Below are positions 40,001 through 52,949 of a stretch of DNA of 64,000 nt, in pieces. The first letter of the stretch is position 1. Each line of letters starts with the position of its first letter. The stretch comes from Ascoidea asiatica JCM 7603 (taxonomy: Eukaryota; Fungi; Ascomycota), in contig BCKQ01000012.1 in NCBI GenBank assembly GCA_001600695.1, positions 513,139-577,138 on the forward strand, given 5' to 3'. The translations under genes and the position numbers were made by a program. A model generated the notes under the pieces. That model was not told the origin of the DNA. It did not search any database and saw only the letters and a program-made list of their open reading frames with translations.

Positions 40001-40521
40001 AAAAGGTTTACAGGATATTGCAGATGAACCGATCCGGCGACGGGGGTACCACCACTTGCATCACTAGCGGATTTAATGTAACAATATGATAGTGAGTTAA
40101 GGTCTGGATTTTCCAGTAAGAAATGGACATACGAAAAGCATTGTCTTGCTACGCCGTTTTTAATATCCTTTCATTTCTTCAGAAAAAAAAAAAGAAGAAA
40201 GACACGCATCGTCATATACTAGGGCGTTAATAATAATTGCGTGTCGAAAATAATCTTTTTAAAACGGTACTTTAAAACTCACTAGAGAAAGAAAGTTGGC
40301 TATTATTTTGCAACCCGGATTTTCTAGCCTTTCCGGAAAAAAAATTCGAGCACCTGGAACGCTACGAAGGAGGTGTGTCCCATTTTTTAAATTTTTATCT
40401 AAATTGTTAAAACAGCGCGTGTATTGAATAGGATTGCAAATAATATTTAAAAAATTTTTGATTTCACATCTTAACAATATTTTTAGAAACCTATTATTTT
40501 TATATTGGAATGAAAGTTATA

Positions 40522-41881
40522 CAGCCAGAGTCAATAAATTGGCATCCGTTTTTAACTGGCCCGAAATTTCTTTTTCAATACTCGATATTAAAATAAAACC
40601 ATTTTATTAAATTACATGGACTATATAGTAAATAAATAAAAAACAGTTAATTGTTAATCCAAATATGATGAATCCGAAATTCAAATATACCTGTAAAATC
40701 GTGAAACAGATTCTTGTTCATCTATGGTTTGAAGAAAATAAGAAACTTTCTTATCTTGCCCATAAAATCAAATGAAGCTTCCTACGGAGAAGCTGATAAT
40801 TCATAGGCGTAAGAAGGCTACGTGGCCTCAAAAATCAAACGGAAGACAGGTAACACTCACTGCAGATGATTGCATAACACTGAAAATAGAAGTTTTTACA
40901 GATCACGGTGTTTTTTGGACGGATTTCGCAGGTGAGGGAAGCCTAAATACAAAAAAACATGCTTTTAAAAATGGCAATAAAAAAGGGAAAAAAAGATTCA
41001 AAACCGTTTTTTAGTCATGCTCTTAGAAAGGCCAGAGACGTTTTTGCTAAAATGTATAAGGGAATACCACTAAAACATTGGAGATAAGCCATTTTCTCAG
41101 ATGAAAGTTTCATAAGCATCATGGGGTGCTCAAGATTGGATACTGAGAACTAAAACATCGATTTAAAGAGGTGTATTGTCGAAGGAGGTTAAGCAGGTGG
41201 CTTGGCGATGTTTTACGATTAAAGGTTTGGGAGATTTACATCAATTTGAAGCTGGTAGACCTGGTAATTCTCTTGGGTATCAAACTTCTTTAGAAGAAAG
41301 CTTTTTCCCTAAATTTCTGCTAATTTTCATAATAATGACCAGGTGATTTTCCAGCGAGATAATGCCCAATGCATGAATCTTATTCTACTAAAAAAAATTT
41401 CAAACCAAAGCGTTTTAGAGTTGTTATGTGGCCAGCCAATTGTTCAAATTCAACCCAGATTGAGAATCTTCGGCCCATTTTCAAACGGAAAGTTTCTAGA
41501 CAGGCCCCAGCGCTAGACAGATCCTTGCAATCAAGAAAAACAAGGAAACAAGAACTTCAAGGCCATTGGAAAATGCTGAAAACTACCGAAAATTCCATCC
41601 ATAACCTTATTAATTCAATCCGTACAAGATTAGAAATGGTTTTGGAACAAAAAGGAGGCTCAATTCCGTATTAGGAAATGTTTGTAAATTTCTTTATACT
41701 TTCTTATTTTTTTTTTTACTTTTTCTATTCTTCATTTCTTTCTCTACATTTTCGTGTATTTCATTTTTAATTTCAAAATCTTATTTATTAAAACAAATCC
41801 ATTTAACAAAACGTCAAAGTCTATAAATTTACATCCGCTTTATTTCTGAGAAGCGGATTTCCAATTTATTGACTTTCACTG
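40522..41881 (+). mobile_element. Tc1-family (DD34E) DNA transposon, full length, transposase inactivated
   Basis: TIRs cagccagagtcaataaattggcatccg (40522) and reverse complement cagtgaaagtcaataaattggaaatccg (ends 41881), both flanked by TA. Transposase W R*AIFSDES (~41077-41107), IFQRDNA (D at 41358) and WPANCSNSTQIENL. D-to-E spacing is 34 after restoring one 1-nt deletion. Ends KGGSIPY. Confidence 0.92.
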
Positions 41882-43284
41882 TATACTAAAGATTAGTAAC
41901 CTATTGGTCCAAAAAAAAGAGAAATCAAGACCCACTGAGAAATGTAACTATAAAATATGATTTTGATTATAGTAAGAAAATGAATTCAAAGAAAACCTTC
42001 TTTTTAGTCAACAAAACAAAAAACATTTAACAAACGCACATCTAAAAAAACAGAAATCCTATATCTACATTAATATCTAAGCTACGAATTCAAAATCCGA
42101 ATGATTGTGTCATTGATTGTCAGCATCTATTGTTAAAATGGCAACAAGGGCAAGCATGGGTATTGTAGTTCTTATAGTACTTTTCTAAATCTATTGATCT
42201 TACTTCTTAGATTTTCATTATTATTCTTTTCGTTGCTTGTTTTATGATTCATTGCTGCAGTAAGTTCCAGTGCTTGAAAAAAGTCTGCTGAAACGTTTTT
42301 AGGTGAGTTGTTTGTTCTACCGGGCGTTCATTCCCGCCACGGGTTATTTTCGCAACCAAATATTTTGCGATTAGTTTGAGCTGTAGTGTCAATTTCAGTA
42401 TCAACACTGTTCAAATAATGTTGGAGTGTGTGTGTGTGAAAATTCAACGTACGTTAAAAATGTTATTCAGATTCAATGGTTCCGCAACTATCCTAAATGA
42501 AAATGAGTGGCTGGTAAACAGTTCCTCGGAAGTTAACGAAGTTGTTTTGGTGGGTCGACGTATACGTCGCAGTATATTCGGAAGTGCGTTTTGAGGATGT
42601 TTTTATAGTACGTTTCTACGTGGACATTAATTTAGTTATTGGGTTAATGTTTGTGACCCCTTTTCCAATTTTGTTCAAAGGTCTGTTGTAATATAAAATT
42701 GGCACCGGGAAATGCTGTAAAATATACTTGAATATATATATGTAGGAAAACTCGTGTAGCATTGATAATTTTCATAAAAACAGTTATATAAGTATATAGA
42801 AATTGAGTCATATTTATATAAATAAAACATTTGTAGAAAGTATTGTACATTTGTAAAAGGGGCAATGCACTAATGATTACTTATGATTACTAATAGTTAG
42901 TAATTGATAAATAAGGATTTTACTGGAAAGTAAATTAGTAGTTATTTGATTGGCTCAGCAATTTCTGTAATGTATTTGATATCTTGGGTAAAGTAAGCTC
43001 AGATAAACAAATAATACTATTTGTTGTTGTACCTAATGCAGCATAATATAAATAACATAGTTTAGAAGTCACAAGAGATGTGACAGCTCTGTCAGGCAGA
43101 TATTCAATTTGTAAAGAGCTCAACAATGCGGATTGTGATGAAAATTAATACCATTATGTAATTCATTATTTGGTATAGTTATTCATCATTTGAGTAATAA
43201 TATAACTATAAAAACAAATGAAATTTGATTAAACATAGTAAGTAGATTCCATTAGTTTGTACAGCTGGAATTTGGACACAAAAA

Positions 43285-43385
43285 AGGGAACTTTTGACAA
43301 AATGATAGGAATTTTGACAAGGGCAGATTTGAACATTGAGGTCATAAACTGAATTTTGACAGACAAATAGGGAATCTTGACAATC
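43285..43385. repeat. Short dispersed repeat of GGAA(T/C)TTTGACA, ~4 copies
   Basis: gggaacttttgaca, ggaattttgaca, tgaattttgaca, gggaatcttgaca. Confidence 0.55.
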
Positions 43386-43848
43386 CAGGGGTTGCATCAC
43401 CTGTAGCATATCCAAGTAATTATATAGTTATCATGCTCAACAATACTACACCGTGTGTACATTTAGATATTGATAGAATCTAGATTCTAGAATAATACGT
43501 TTTGAGCTTGGCTGCCGAACCTGCTGCATTGTTTGCAACAGGTGGTTTGAAATTCATGCCGTTTTAGATTTCGAAATTTTATGGATTATTCTTTTAAACT
43601 CAAATTTTAGTTTTCATTTCCCGAATACAGAATAATTTATCCAAGTTACCTGCAAATTTGGGCAAATAGGGTACCCATAACTAATATTATTTGTTGCCTC
43701 GTTGGATACATAACCCCACTACAAGTGAACAGCTTTTTGTTTCAAGTCCACGTAGATTTAACTTATCAATTATTTCGGGTTTTTCAGAATTAGGAGTGAA
43801 CCTCGCAGAGCCGCCGATACTTCGTTTAGCAAACGAAACTGATATTTT

Positions 43849-44280
43849 CGGCATAGTTCTACTGACATCGGAAAAAGAACTGAATGTCATGGCTTATTTT
43901 TACTCATTACATACACTCCATTTCAAGCTGGGCATATCCCTCATCTCTCGCTGGTGTGTTGTTGTGACCCAGCCTTGTTTTGTTGTTCAAGCCCTTCAAG
44001 TTAATCTGTTTTAGTAATTGGGTCTTTTTCGTTTCAATTGAATCACTCTGATTATGGAGGAAATTCCAACTCCTCTTTCTTTTTGCTGTCATTCCCTTCT
44101 CCCTCCTTATTCTCCCTATCATTCCTTTCAAGTAAGAACTCGGGCATTCAACTCTAAAAATTGAGGTTGTTCCTCTGGTTTCTTTTTTGTTTTCTCTCTT
44201 TTCTTTTTGAAATATAAATCACCCATTATAAAATGATAACATAAGAAGAAATTATACTTGTTGGTTGCTAGTATATTGTA
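43849..44280 (+). repeat. 5' LTR of the gypsy element
   Basis: Collinear with 51477-51915 (shared blocks gtgttgttgtgacccagccttgttttg, taatctgttttagtaattg, cacccattataaaat.ataacataagaaga). Left boundary approximate. Confidence 0.85.
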
Positions 44281-47200
44281 TTGGTGGTTTCTAAAAAAAT
44301 TTATGGTATTTTTAAAAAAGTTGGTAACAAGATACTGGTTTATATTAATCATTTTTGCTGTTTCTTTGGCTTTTAAATTGGTTCTTTAAAAATTATTGTT
44401 GCTATTGATATAACTGTTTTTATTTCATGTTAAGAGCTGCTTGACGTTGCCTGACAAATTTTGTTGTTAGTGTTATAATTGTTTTTGAAATTATGTTTAG
44501 AATCGATTGAAATTTCTTTGAAGTCACTGTTGGTCTGATAAAAATTGTTTTAAAATTCATCCTTGGTTTCTTATTGCTTTAATGTGATTACAATTTATCT
44601 CTGGTTTTTTTGGTTTCAATTTAATTTAAATTAAGCTTTGTTTTTTTCCTTTTAATTTGATTTAGATCTATCGTTCGTTTCTTTTTGGTTTAACTTGGGT
44701 TCAATCTATCGTCTGTTTCTGGTTGATTTAATTTGATTTAAATCCATCCTTGCTTTATTTTTGTGTTCATTGTTTGATATTTCCGATTACATTGCCTGTC
44801 CCTTGTTGTTGTAAGCGGAAGCTTTGCTTTCTTTTGCTTACTTTTTATTGTTTTTTTCTCCTCGTCGGAATTGATTTATACTTATTGTTATATCTAGAAT
44901 ATTTAAACAGGATGTTTTTGAGGTCTTTCTGATTATACTGATTACTAAAAAGTAACTTTGAATTTACTGGAGAGGTTTAAATTCGGTATTTGGATTGAGG
45001 TGTCGCCAGCTCGTTTATTTAGGGAAGTGCTTTAAATCAATACATCAATTTTAATTATAGAACTTTTACCTTTGCCAATTAATCAACATATCGCTTTTAA
45101 TTATAGAAGCAATTAAAATAAAATAAAACATCAATTTAAAAAATTAAATTGCAGTTTTTTATAGATATATACTACTTGATACTATTTTGTCTTTATTGCT
45201 TTGGGCTGTGCGTGCTTGCCTTGTCTTATTTTGATTAGAAAATATGGATTGAGTTATTATCTCTATTGTAATTAAAAAAGGTAGACCTGACCATTATGTT
45301 TTCGATTTTTGTTTGAAAGTTTATTTTTAACGTATCATATAAAGCGGCAGTTGTTTCTTATCTTATATTCAATCTTGTATTTGATTAATCTTATTTTAAA
45401 AATTGGTTTTTAGAGTGTTACTAAAATGTTAATTGATTTTAAATTGAGTTCTTACATTAATTGAAGTTTCTTTTGATGAAATTTGATTAATAAAGGAAAC
45501 AATATAATACTTTGAGTAGTTGTTTAAGGACTACAAATTTCTATTGGAGCAAAATAGTTGAGGAAGCCCGAAGGTCCAAAATTATTTTGTATTATTCTTT
45601 TATTTTCATTTCCTTTTTGTTGATTATTTTCCCTCGCATTTCCTTTTACATTGTATCGAAGAAAAAGACCAAGAAAATATAAAATCAACGAAGAAGCGAA
45701 TAAAATTAATTGCCGAATTGCAAAATCAATGAAATCAAACAAAAAATAATTAGTATAAATCACTTTAAAAGTAGTTAGAAAAAACAGAAAATACAAAATA
45801 GCTGATTTTAATGGTAGGACCGTTGGTGCTTTGCACACTAGCCTAAAATTCACCAGATTTTATCGACCATTAAACTCAAATACTACCGATCATATAAAAA
45901 TTTATTAGTTAATGTAATTTCACAAAATTTGCATTGCTTTAGCGATTCCTGAAAATTTTTTGGCGCTATATGTCGAGTTGAAGTTGAGTCAGAAAATGAA
46001 TCAGTAGTTAGTTGGTGTTATTATTTCCGTATTGAAGGTACGTGGAATTGGTATCGGTCTAGCCAAGCTGTTACAAGATTTCAAACATCTTCTGGTTGCG
46101 CCAGGATCCGTTTAATGAAGTTAAAACAATAATTGATGGTAAAGTTGGCAAAAGATCAATGATATTGACGTTGGTTTTAGGTGGTATGGAGGATCCTGCT
46201 AAAAGATATGAAAATTCGTTAATCCCAGAATGGTTCTAGATATAGTCCCGAAAGGGTTTCTTGAGCCATTTAATTCTAGTTTACGGTCTTGGATTGCGGT
46301 TTATAGATACTGTTCTGGTGATAGTAAAATTAATATTAAAAATGAATGGATTGCTTTTATTGATCTTTTAGCTGCGAATAAGTATCTTGCTGATCCTCTT
46401 GCTATTGTTTAATTTTCTTCAATTAAACAAATTGCTTTTCAGGTGCCGGAGAAAAAAAAATTGATTTCTGCTCCCGAACCACTGGTGGATTCAGTCACAG
46501 ATCGAGAAAATGTTGACGCTGAAGAACGCTGGCCCAATCAAGTGAATCTATCGCTTAAGGAATTCTCTGAGTTAAAGATTAATCATCCTACTAAAGTACA
46601 AAGAATTTGGTGAATATGTTGAATTTTGCTTAGCCCATTTGTTACTGAAAAGCAAGTACAAAATGTTTTATTTACTGAAATAAATAAGATTGCTACTGTT
46701 GAGTCTGGGGTTCAGAAAACGTTCATTAAAGTAGAACCAAATGATCGTTATACTAAAAGTAATAAGAATAAATCCCCTACTTCCAATAATTCAAATAATA
46801 GCTTTAATCTGATGAATCATAATAATAACAATCAAAGACATAATAATAGTAGAAAAAGCTGTATTGATGGTAATAATCAAAATGGATTTAGTTTGAACAC
46901 TAGATTCAATAATATTAAAGGGGCTTGCAATAGTGGTTTTAAAAATAATAAAAACGTCATTGAATATAGTGACAATAATAATAATAATTCTGGATATAAC
47001 AATAATAATGATAAGGCTGCTTATAAACGCAATAATTGGTTACACAATCATAATTCTGCTTATTACAATAATAGTTGAAGTGATAAGTTTAATAATGCTG
47101 CTTTTAAGAATAGAAGATATCAAAGAATTCTTACTTGTTATTTCTGTGGTGGTAGTCATTTTATTAAGGAATGCAAGCTACTTCTTGAAAATATGAATAA

Positions 47201-50200
47201 GCGATTCTTTTGTTTTATAATAATAGAATTTCCATAGAGAATCAACATGGATTTATTTGTGAAGTTGGGTTAACTTCCAATCCATGGAGTAAATCCTTTG
47301 AATGTAATGATTATATGGAAAATATTAAGCTGGAAACGGTTGTTAATAAGAATTTGGTCCTTTATTATGATGATCATGAAGATGCTGTTCATCAAATAAA
47401 TATAGGTAACACAGAACTATCTGACCTAGTTGAAGATACTATTGGTGTTTTAGGTAATGATATTTCTAAGCCAAACCAAAAAACTGCTAAGACTGATCAT
47501 CGGAAGACTTTGAAAGATACAATCTATAAATCTTTGAAAAAAAAACCCTTTAAAAAATAAAGCTAGTTTAAGGAATATTTTACACGGTACTTCCATTTCT
47601 GATGATATTATTGAGTATGACTATGTTGTTGTCGGTAGCAATAATGAATTAAATATATCAGGGACTAATTTTGCGATTGAACGTACACCTTCTGATAGTA
47701 TTGATTCTTCTAATAAGATTATTAATGAAGCTCAAGAGTTGTCATGTTTTATTCCCCCTTTCCCTAGGTCAAAGCCTTATTCAGAATTGGAATTGGAATC
47801 TAAAAAGATGGAGTTGCTCATTGATAAGGGACCTCTTGGTTGAGTCTTATTGAGTGAAAATACTGGGTTTGACAAAAATGTTGCTTCAAAAATTCATTGC
47901 TAAGATGAAGCCGAGAGAGATTAAAATGCTAGGACAGCAGATTTTATTCTTTAACATCAATGCTTCTACATAATACGATGACAATGACGTTGTAGAAAAA
48001 AGCTGGTTTATTGGTCCTTCGGAGTATATTTGAGTTGAAATCAAACATAAGTTCGTTGAATTTTTGTTTGATAAAGGATCTGAAATGAATTTAATTCCTA
48101 AATCGGTTGTGACTGCCGGTATAAATGAGCTTTTCCCTGTTTTTAAATTGTTAAAGCTTTCAAAGGTGCTAGAAAAACTTTGAGTCAATGTTTTCAGCCT
48201 TTGATTAAAATAAAAGATGTTGAATTTGGTGTTAGAATATATCTCGAGGAAAGAAATAGTACTGCTGAGGTATAATTTTACGCCAATCATTTATAGATTT
48301 TAATGCTTTATATACCAACCAAGATTAAATGCTTTTAATGCTCAAAGTTGTTATTTCGAGGTACTGTTTGCTTAATCCGATAACTGGTCATGAACATTCA
48401 TTTACGGAGCTGTTTACGTTAAAGTCTGCTAAAACTAATGTCAATCGGTTAAGTATGTTTGTTGCAGAGGCTTACAAAGCAATTGTAAATATAGTGGCTT
48501 TATCTTATCCTGATTTTGAACACAATTTGATTAATTCTGAATCTACTCAATATTTTAATAAAAAGGAATTATCATGACTGGAATATGCTTTTGCAACATC
48601 AATAGCTGACAATATTAATGAAGCTAAGTTTTTTAAAGCTGTTCAAGATGGTGGACTAAGCTCCGCTTTATTTAATGATAGTGATGAAAACTTTTGTTTA
48701 AAGACTGGCTTTAAGGAATCGTTGGAGAGTCCTGAAGTCAAACCTTGGTTTCGCATGGTTTATCCTATAGAAAAGGTTAAGTCCGATGATGTGGTTAGCC
48801 CTTTAGAAACAATGGTTAATTAAAATGAACTTGCTTGTGTTACTAGTAGCTACAACGATCTTTTTTCGTTCAATCGAAAAAGTCACGAATGCTTCGTCGC
48901 TTATTACACTTGAAATCTTGAAATTCTTTTGCTGGTAAAAAGTCAAACTTTACTGTTAACATTGACCATTCAACAGAAGCTTTATCTGGTCATATTTGGG
49001 TTTCAATATTTGACATTTCCGATACGTATGGTCTTTTGCCAACTGATAATGATTTTGCTAGAAAAACTTCTTCTATCACACCTCTTCGAGATCTAGGATA
49101 GAATAATTCTCGAAGGTTATGGCAATGCTGCTTATGAATTTCAAGCTGTTCTATAGAAGATATTAAAGCCGTTTCTAAGTCAGCTAATTATATTAATGGC
49201 TAATATTGGCTTGGTACCAAAAGCAACTGATGCTACCATTTCTGAGAATTTCCTGGATGTATAGAAAGTGTTTCCTTTATTTAAAAAATTTGGTCTTAAA
49301 TTATCTGTTGAAAAAAACTGTGTGTTAGAGAAGCAACATTTCTTCCCTTTCATATCAAGGATGGTAAAAGATATCCTGTTAAACGTAATTTCTTGGTACA
49401 TAAAGATTTTAAAAGGTCATCAACAGCCAAAGAAATTAGGTCTGTTCAAGCAAGTATTAATTTTTACAGATGCTTCATTCCTTATTTTGTTCATTTGTCA
49501 GAAGATACATTTGCCGAAGTTAATAAACCGGAGTTATAGACAAGCACTACTAGTTTTGTAATAAAAGATATACATGAAAGATTTATTGGTCCATTTCCTT
49601 TGCTGAAACCAAATTATGATAAACCATTATTTATAGTAACCAGGCTTCCGGTGTTGTTTGGTCTGCTGCTCTATTTAATTATGTTGGAAATAACTTTGAT
49701 CAAAATATTGGCCTGATCAAACTTACCATTGCAATTGATTAAGCTAGAGTCTCGTAAGTTTGCAGATGCTGATAAAAGATTAGAAAATTCGGTTAAAGAA
49801 TATATTGCAGTGTTTTATGCTTTTAAAAAATTTAGATATTATGTGGAAGGTGTTCAACTATTTGTTTATTGTGTTGATAAAGCTGTGGCTGGCACCTTGA
49901 AGAATAGTTCAGATGAGATGCCAATTGGTAGATACGATAGATTGCTTTCCTATTTGATTTAATGTAAATTTAAGATACATCATATCAAAGGTGCTAAAAA
50001 TCCAGTTTATATTTTTACCCTTCATCCTGATTGCTCTACAATTAAACCTGTTATGATTACTAATATTGGTTGATGATCCACATAAATCTTATGTTTTGAC
50101 CATTAAAAATATGCTCGGTGATAGAGTTTTGAAATTCAAATCCTTCTATTATTTACATATTTTATCTTTTGTTCAAACTTTAGTTATTCCATCTTTTGTT

Positions 50201-51476
50201 GGTATAAAAGAAGAAAAGGCTTTTCGAACTCAGGCTCCTATGTTCTTCGTTTCTCAGGATGCATTGTCTAAAAGATGTAATCTTTTGGCTAGACTTGGGT
50301 AACTGATGCCATGGTCACTTGTCAGTTGGTTTATGTTGTTCATGGCTCACATGGTCATGCTGCTGGTAGAAGTAAAACTTTGCTTCATCTATCCAATCTT
50401 TATTTTACACCTATGGTTAATTAAGTTATTGTTTATCCCGTAAAAACTTGAGATAACGGTCAGTATTATAAATAATCAACGTTGGTATTTGATCTCTTAC
50501 AATTTCTGATACGATCTGTAATATTCAAATCTGTTGCTATTGATACAATTCATTTACCTACAACTACTCATGGATATTCATGTGTGGTTTGTTTAAGAGG
50601 CACTTTCACTCAGCTTCTCGAAGCTGGTGCTTTAAAAACATTAGAGACTGTTTCAGTTGGAAAGTTTATATATGATGAAGTTTTTTGCAGATAAGGAGGT
50701 GTTTACAATTTACAGTCTGATGATGGATCAGAGTTTAAAAACCAACCCTTAAAAGTACTTTATGGTAATCAAGCTATTAAACATCAAATTTCTTCAAAAA
50801 TCCAGCTCCTAATGGTTTAATAGAAAAGATAGCATGCTTTCTTCTCAACTGCTTTAAATCATTCTGACAAGCAATGGTTGAAACATTTAAGCGCTGCTAC
50901 TTATGGTGATACTAATACTGTTAGATTATTGGCTGGGAACACTGCAGCTGGGTTGCTATGTGGCAGTCGTCCATTTGGGAGTTACGATCAATGTTAGTAT
51001 ATTTTGCCATTTATTAAAACTGATGGCTTTACTGAGGATGAATTATACAATATAAGTGTAAAACAAAATGAATTTGGTCGATGGTCAAACACTCAAGCTC
51101 CTCTGAAAATTAAATTCTATAGGGAAAAAATGAAAGATGCTTTCGGCAACGCTGATATTACTACTGTCACGAAGTGGGATGATGGTTTTGTATGTGTTTG
51201 ACAACAATGTTGAGGATCAAAAAAAGGCTGGACTTAAATCATTGCCTAGATATGTCAGTCGTTATAAAATTAAGCTGAATAAACTTGGTGCGTCTCTATT
51301 AATCAATTTAAAAGCTGCTCAATTGAAACGAAAATTTAATAGGTCTCATTTGAATCTTTATTTATTACGTCCTGGTGCTAGTTATGCTGCGGTTCATGTT
51401 TCCATCTTTACAACCTCTGCTAATGGTTTCAAGCTTTGCATGCCAATTGATTTTCTCAAAAAAGAAACGTTACGGG

Positions 51477-51915
51477 TGTTATAATGTACTCACAACGCAA
51501 AACGAACTTAATGTCATGGCTGAATGTTGCTAAGTATATAAACCCGTGTGTTCGTTTCCAGCTATCCCTCATGTCTCGCTGGGGTGTTGTTGTGACCCAG
51601 CCTTGTTTTGGGCTGAAAGCCCTACAAGATAATCTGTTTTAGTAATTGTGTCTCTTTTTTTGTTTTTCAATTGATTGGCTCTGATTCTGAGGGCAGTTCG
51701 AATTCCTGTTTCCTTTTCTTGTCTTTCCCTTCTCCCTTCTTATTCTCCCTCTCTTGCCTTTCAAGTCAGGACTCTAACCTTCAATGCTATAAATTGAGGT
51801 TGTTTCTCTGTTTTTTATTTTGTTTTCTGTCTTCTATTTTTGTAATATATAATACACCCATTATAAAATTATAACATAAGAAGATTAATATACTTGTTGG
51901 TTGGTACTATATTAG
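51477..51915 (+). repeat. 3' LTR of the gypsy element
   Basis: Starts TGTTATAAT right after the integrase region; direct repeat of 43849-44280. Confidence 0.85.
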
Positions 51916-52949
51916 GTCACGGTCCATGATTGTTTTTTGACACGCCGTTTTCTATCATTAATGGTTCCACTATCTTTTAAGAGCTTATTCAGGTTATATC
52001 CCAAAATGAGACCCTCTGGATTTCCACGACGATAAGTAGTTGTGGCACTTTTTTTCGTTTCAATTTACCATTGCGTAATTATGAAAGTTTGTTAATTTTT
52101 ATATCCCAATACAATGGTTTTCATTCCGATATTTAATTAAAATATTGTGTATGACTTTAATTGAACTTTCACTAAATTTTTCAGATATCTAATTGAAGCA
52201 ACATTCCACGGATTCTTGTAAATGAACTTCGTATTTAGATTGGGGCTTGTGTTTATTTATGAATTGTTGTTTAAGAATTGAATTTTACAATAAAATAATG
52301 GATTTTGTGATAACTGTTTAGAGTTGTCATATACTGTGTTTGTTATATTCGAAACATTGAGGAAATCTTTCCGGCCGATGACATGATTGTGAGGATTCAC
52401 GTCGCTGATAATAACTTTTAATTGACTTATAAGTGCTTCTTCTATATGGTTTAAGACTTAAAACATTCTTTAAGTGCTCACTAGTGGCTCCTAGGACATA
52501 GAATATAAGTTTCTTATAAAGACCAAATTTTTTTTTTTTACCTTTGGCATCTAACCTAAAGTTATACACTTACAGCTGTATGTGAATGAAGTGCATTTTC
52601 CAGACAAAACTACAACTACCATTTGAACTTTTGTCCAACACTTTTCTGCAAAATCAAAGGTCCAACGTATAGAAGAGGGTATTATCTTTTTTATGGATAC
52701 GTTTTGAAGGTGGTGAACCTTCGTCAACAGACTATATGCTTTATGGGTTCCGACTCAAGGTGATAATCCTTCCAGCCTGATTTACAAATTTTCAAATGGG
52801 TGAGCCTATGTTTAGCACATTTACAAGGAGGCTATATTTTTAGCGGCTTATTTGTTCTATAAAAAAGAAACGTATAGGGATAGCCGGTACTTTCAACTGA
52901 CCATTCTCAAAAAAATTTGTTTCGAATGCACCGTAGACTCCCGAAAGCA

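Larger units (their letters stand above)
43849..51915 (+). mobile_element. Full-length decayed Ty3/gypsy retrotransposon (~8.1 kb) with both LTRs
   Basis: LTRs at ~43849-44280 and 51477-~51915, with PBS-like tggtgg at 44282. Asn-rich gag with knuckle CYFCGGSHFIKEC (~47136-47174). Protease LFDKGSEMN (~48064). RT VSIFDISD, KTSSITPL, EGYGNAAYEFQ and FGLKLSVEK. RNaseH ESRKF...KEYIAVFYAFKKFRYY. Integrase HGSHGH, AIDTIHLP and SDDGSEF. Order PR-RT-RH-IN. Confidence 0.9.
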
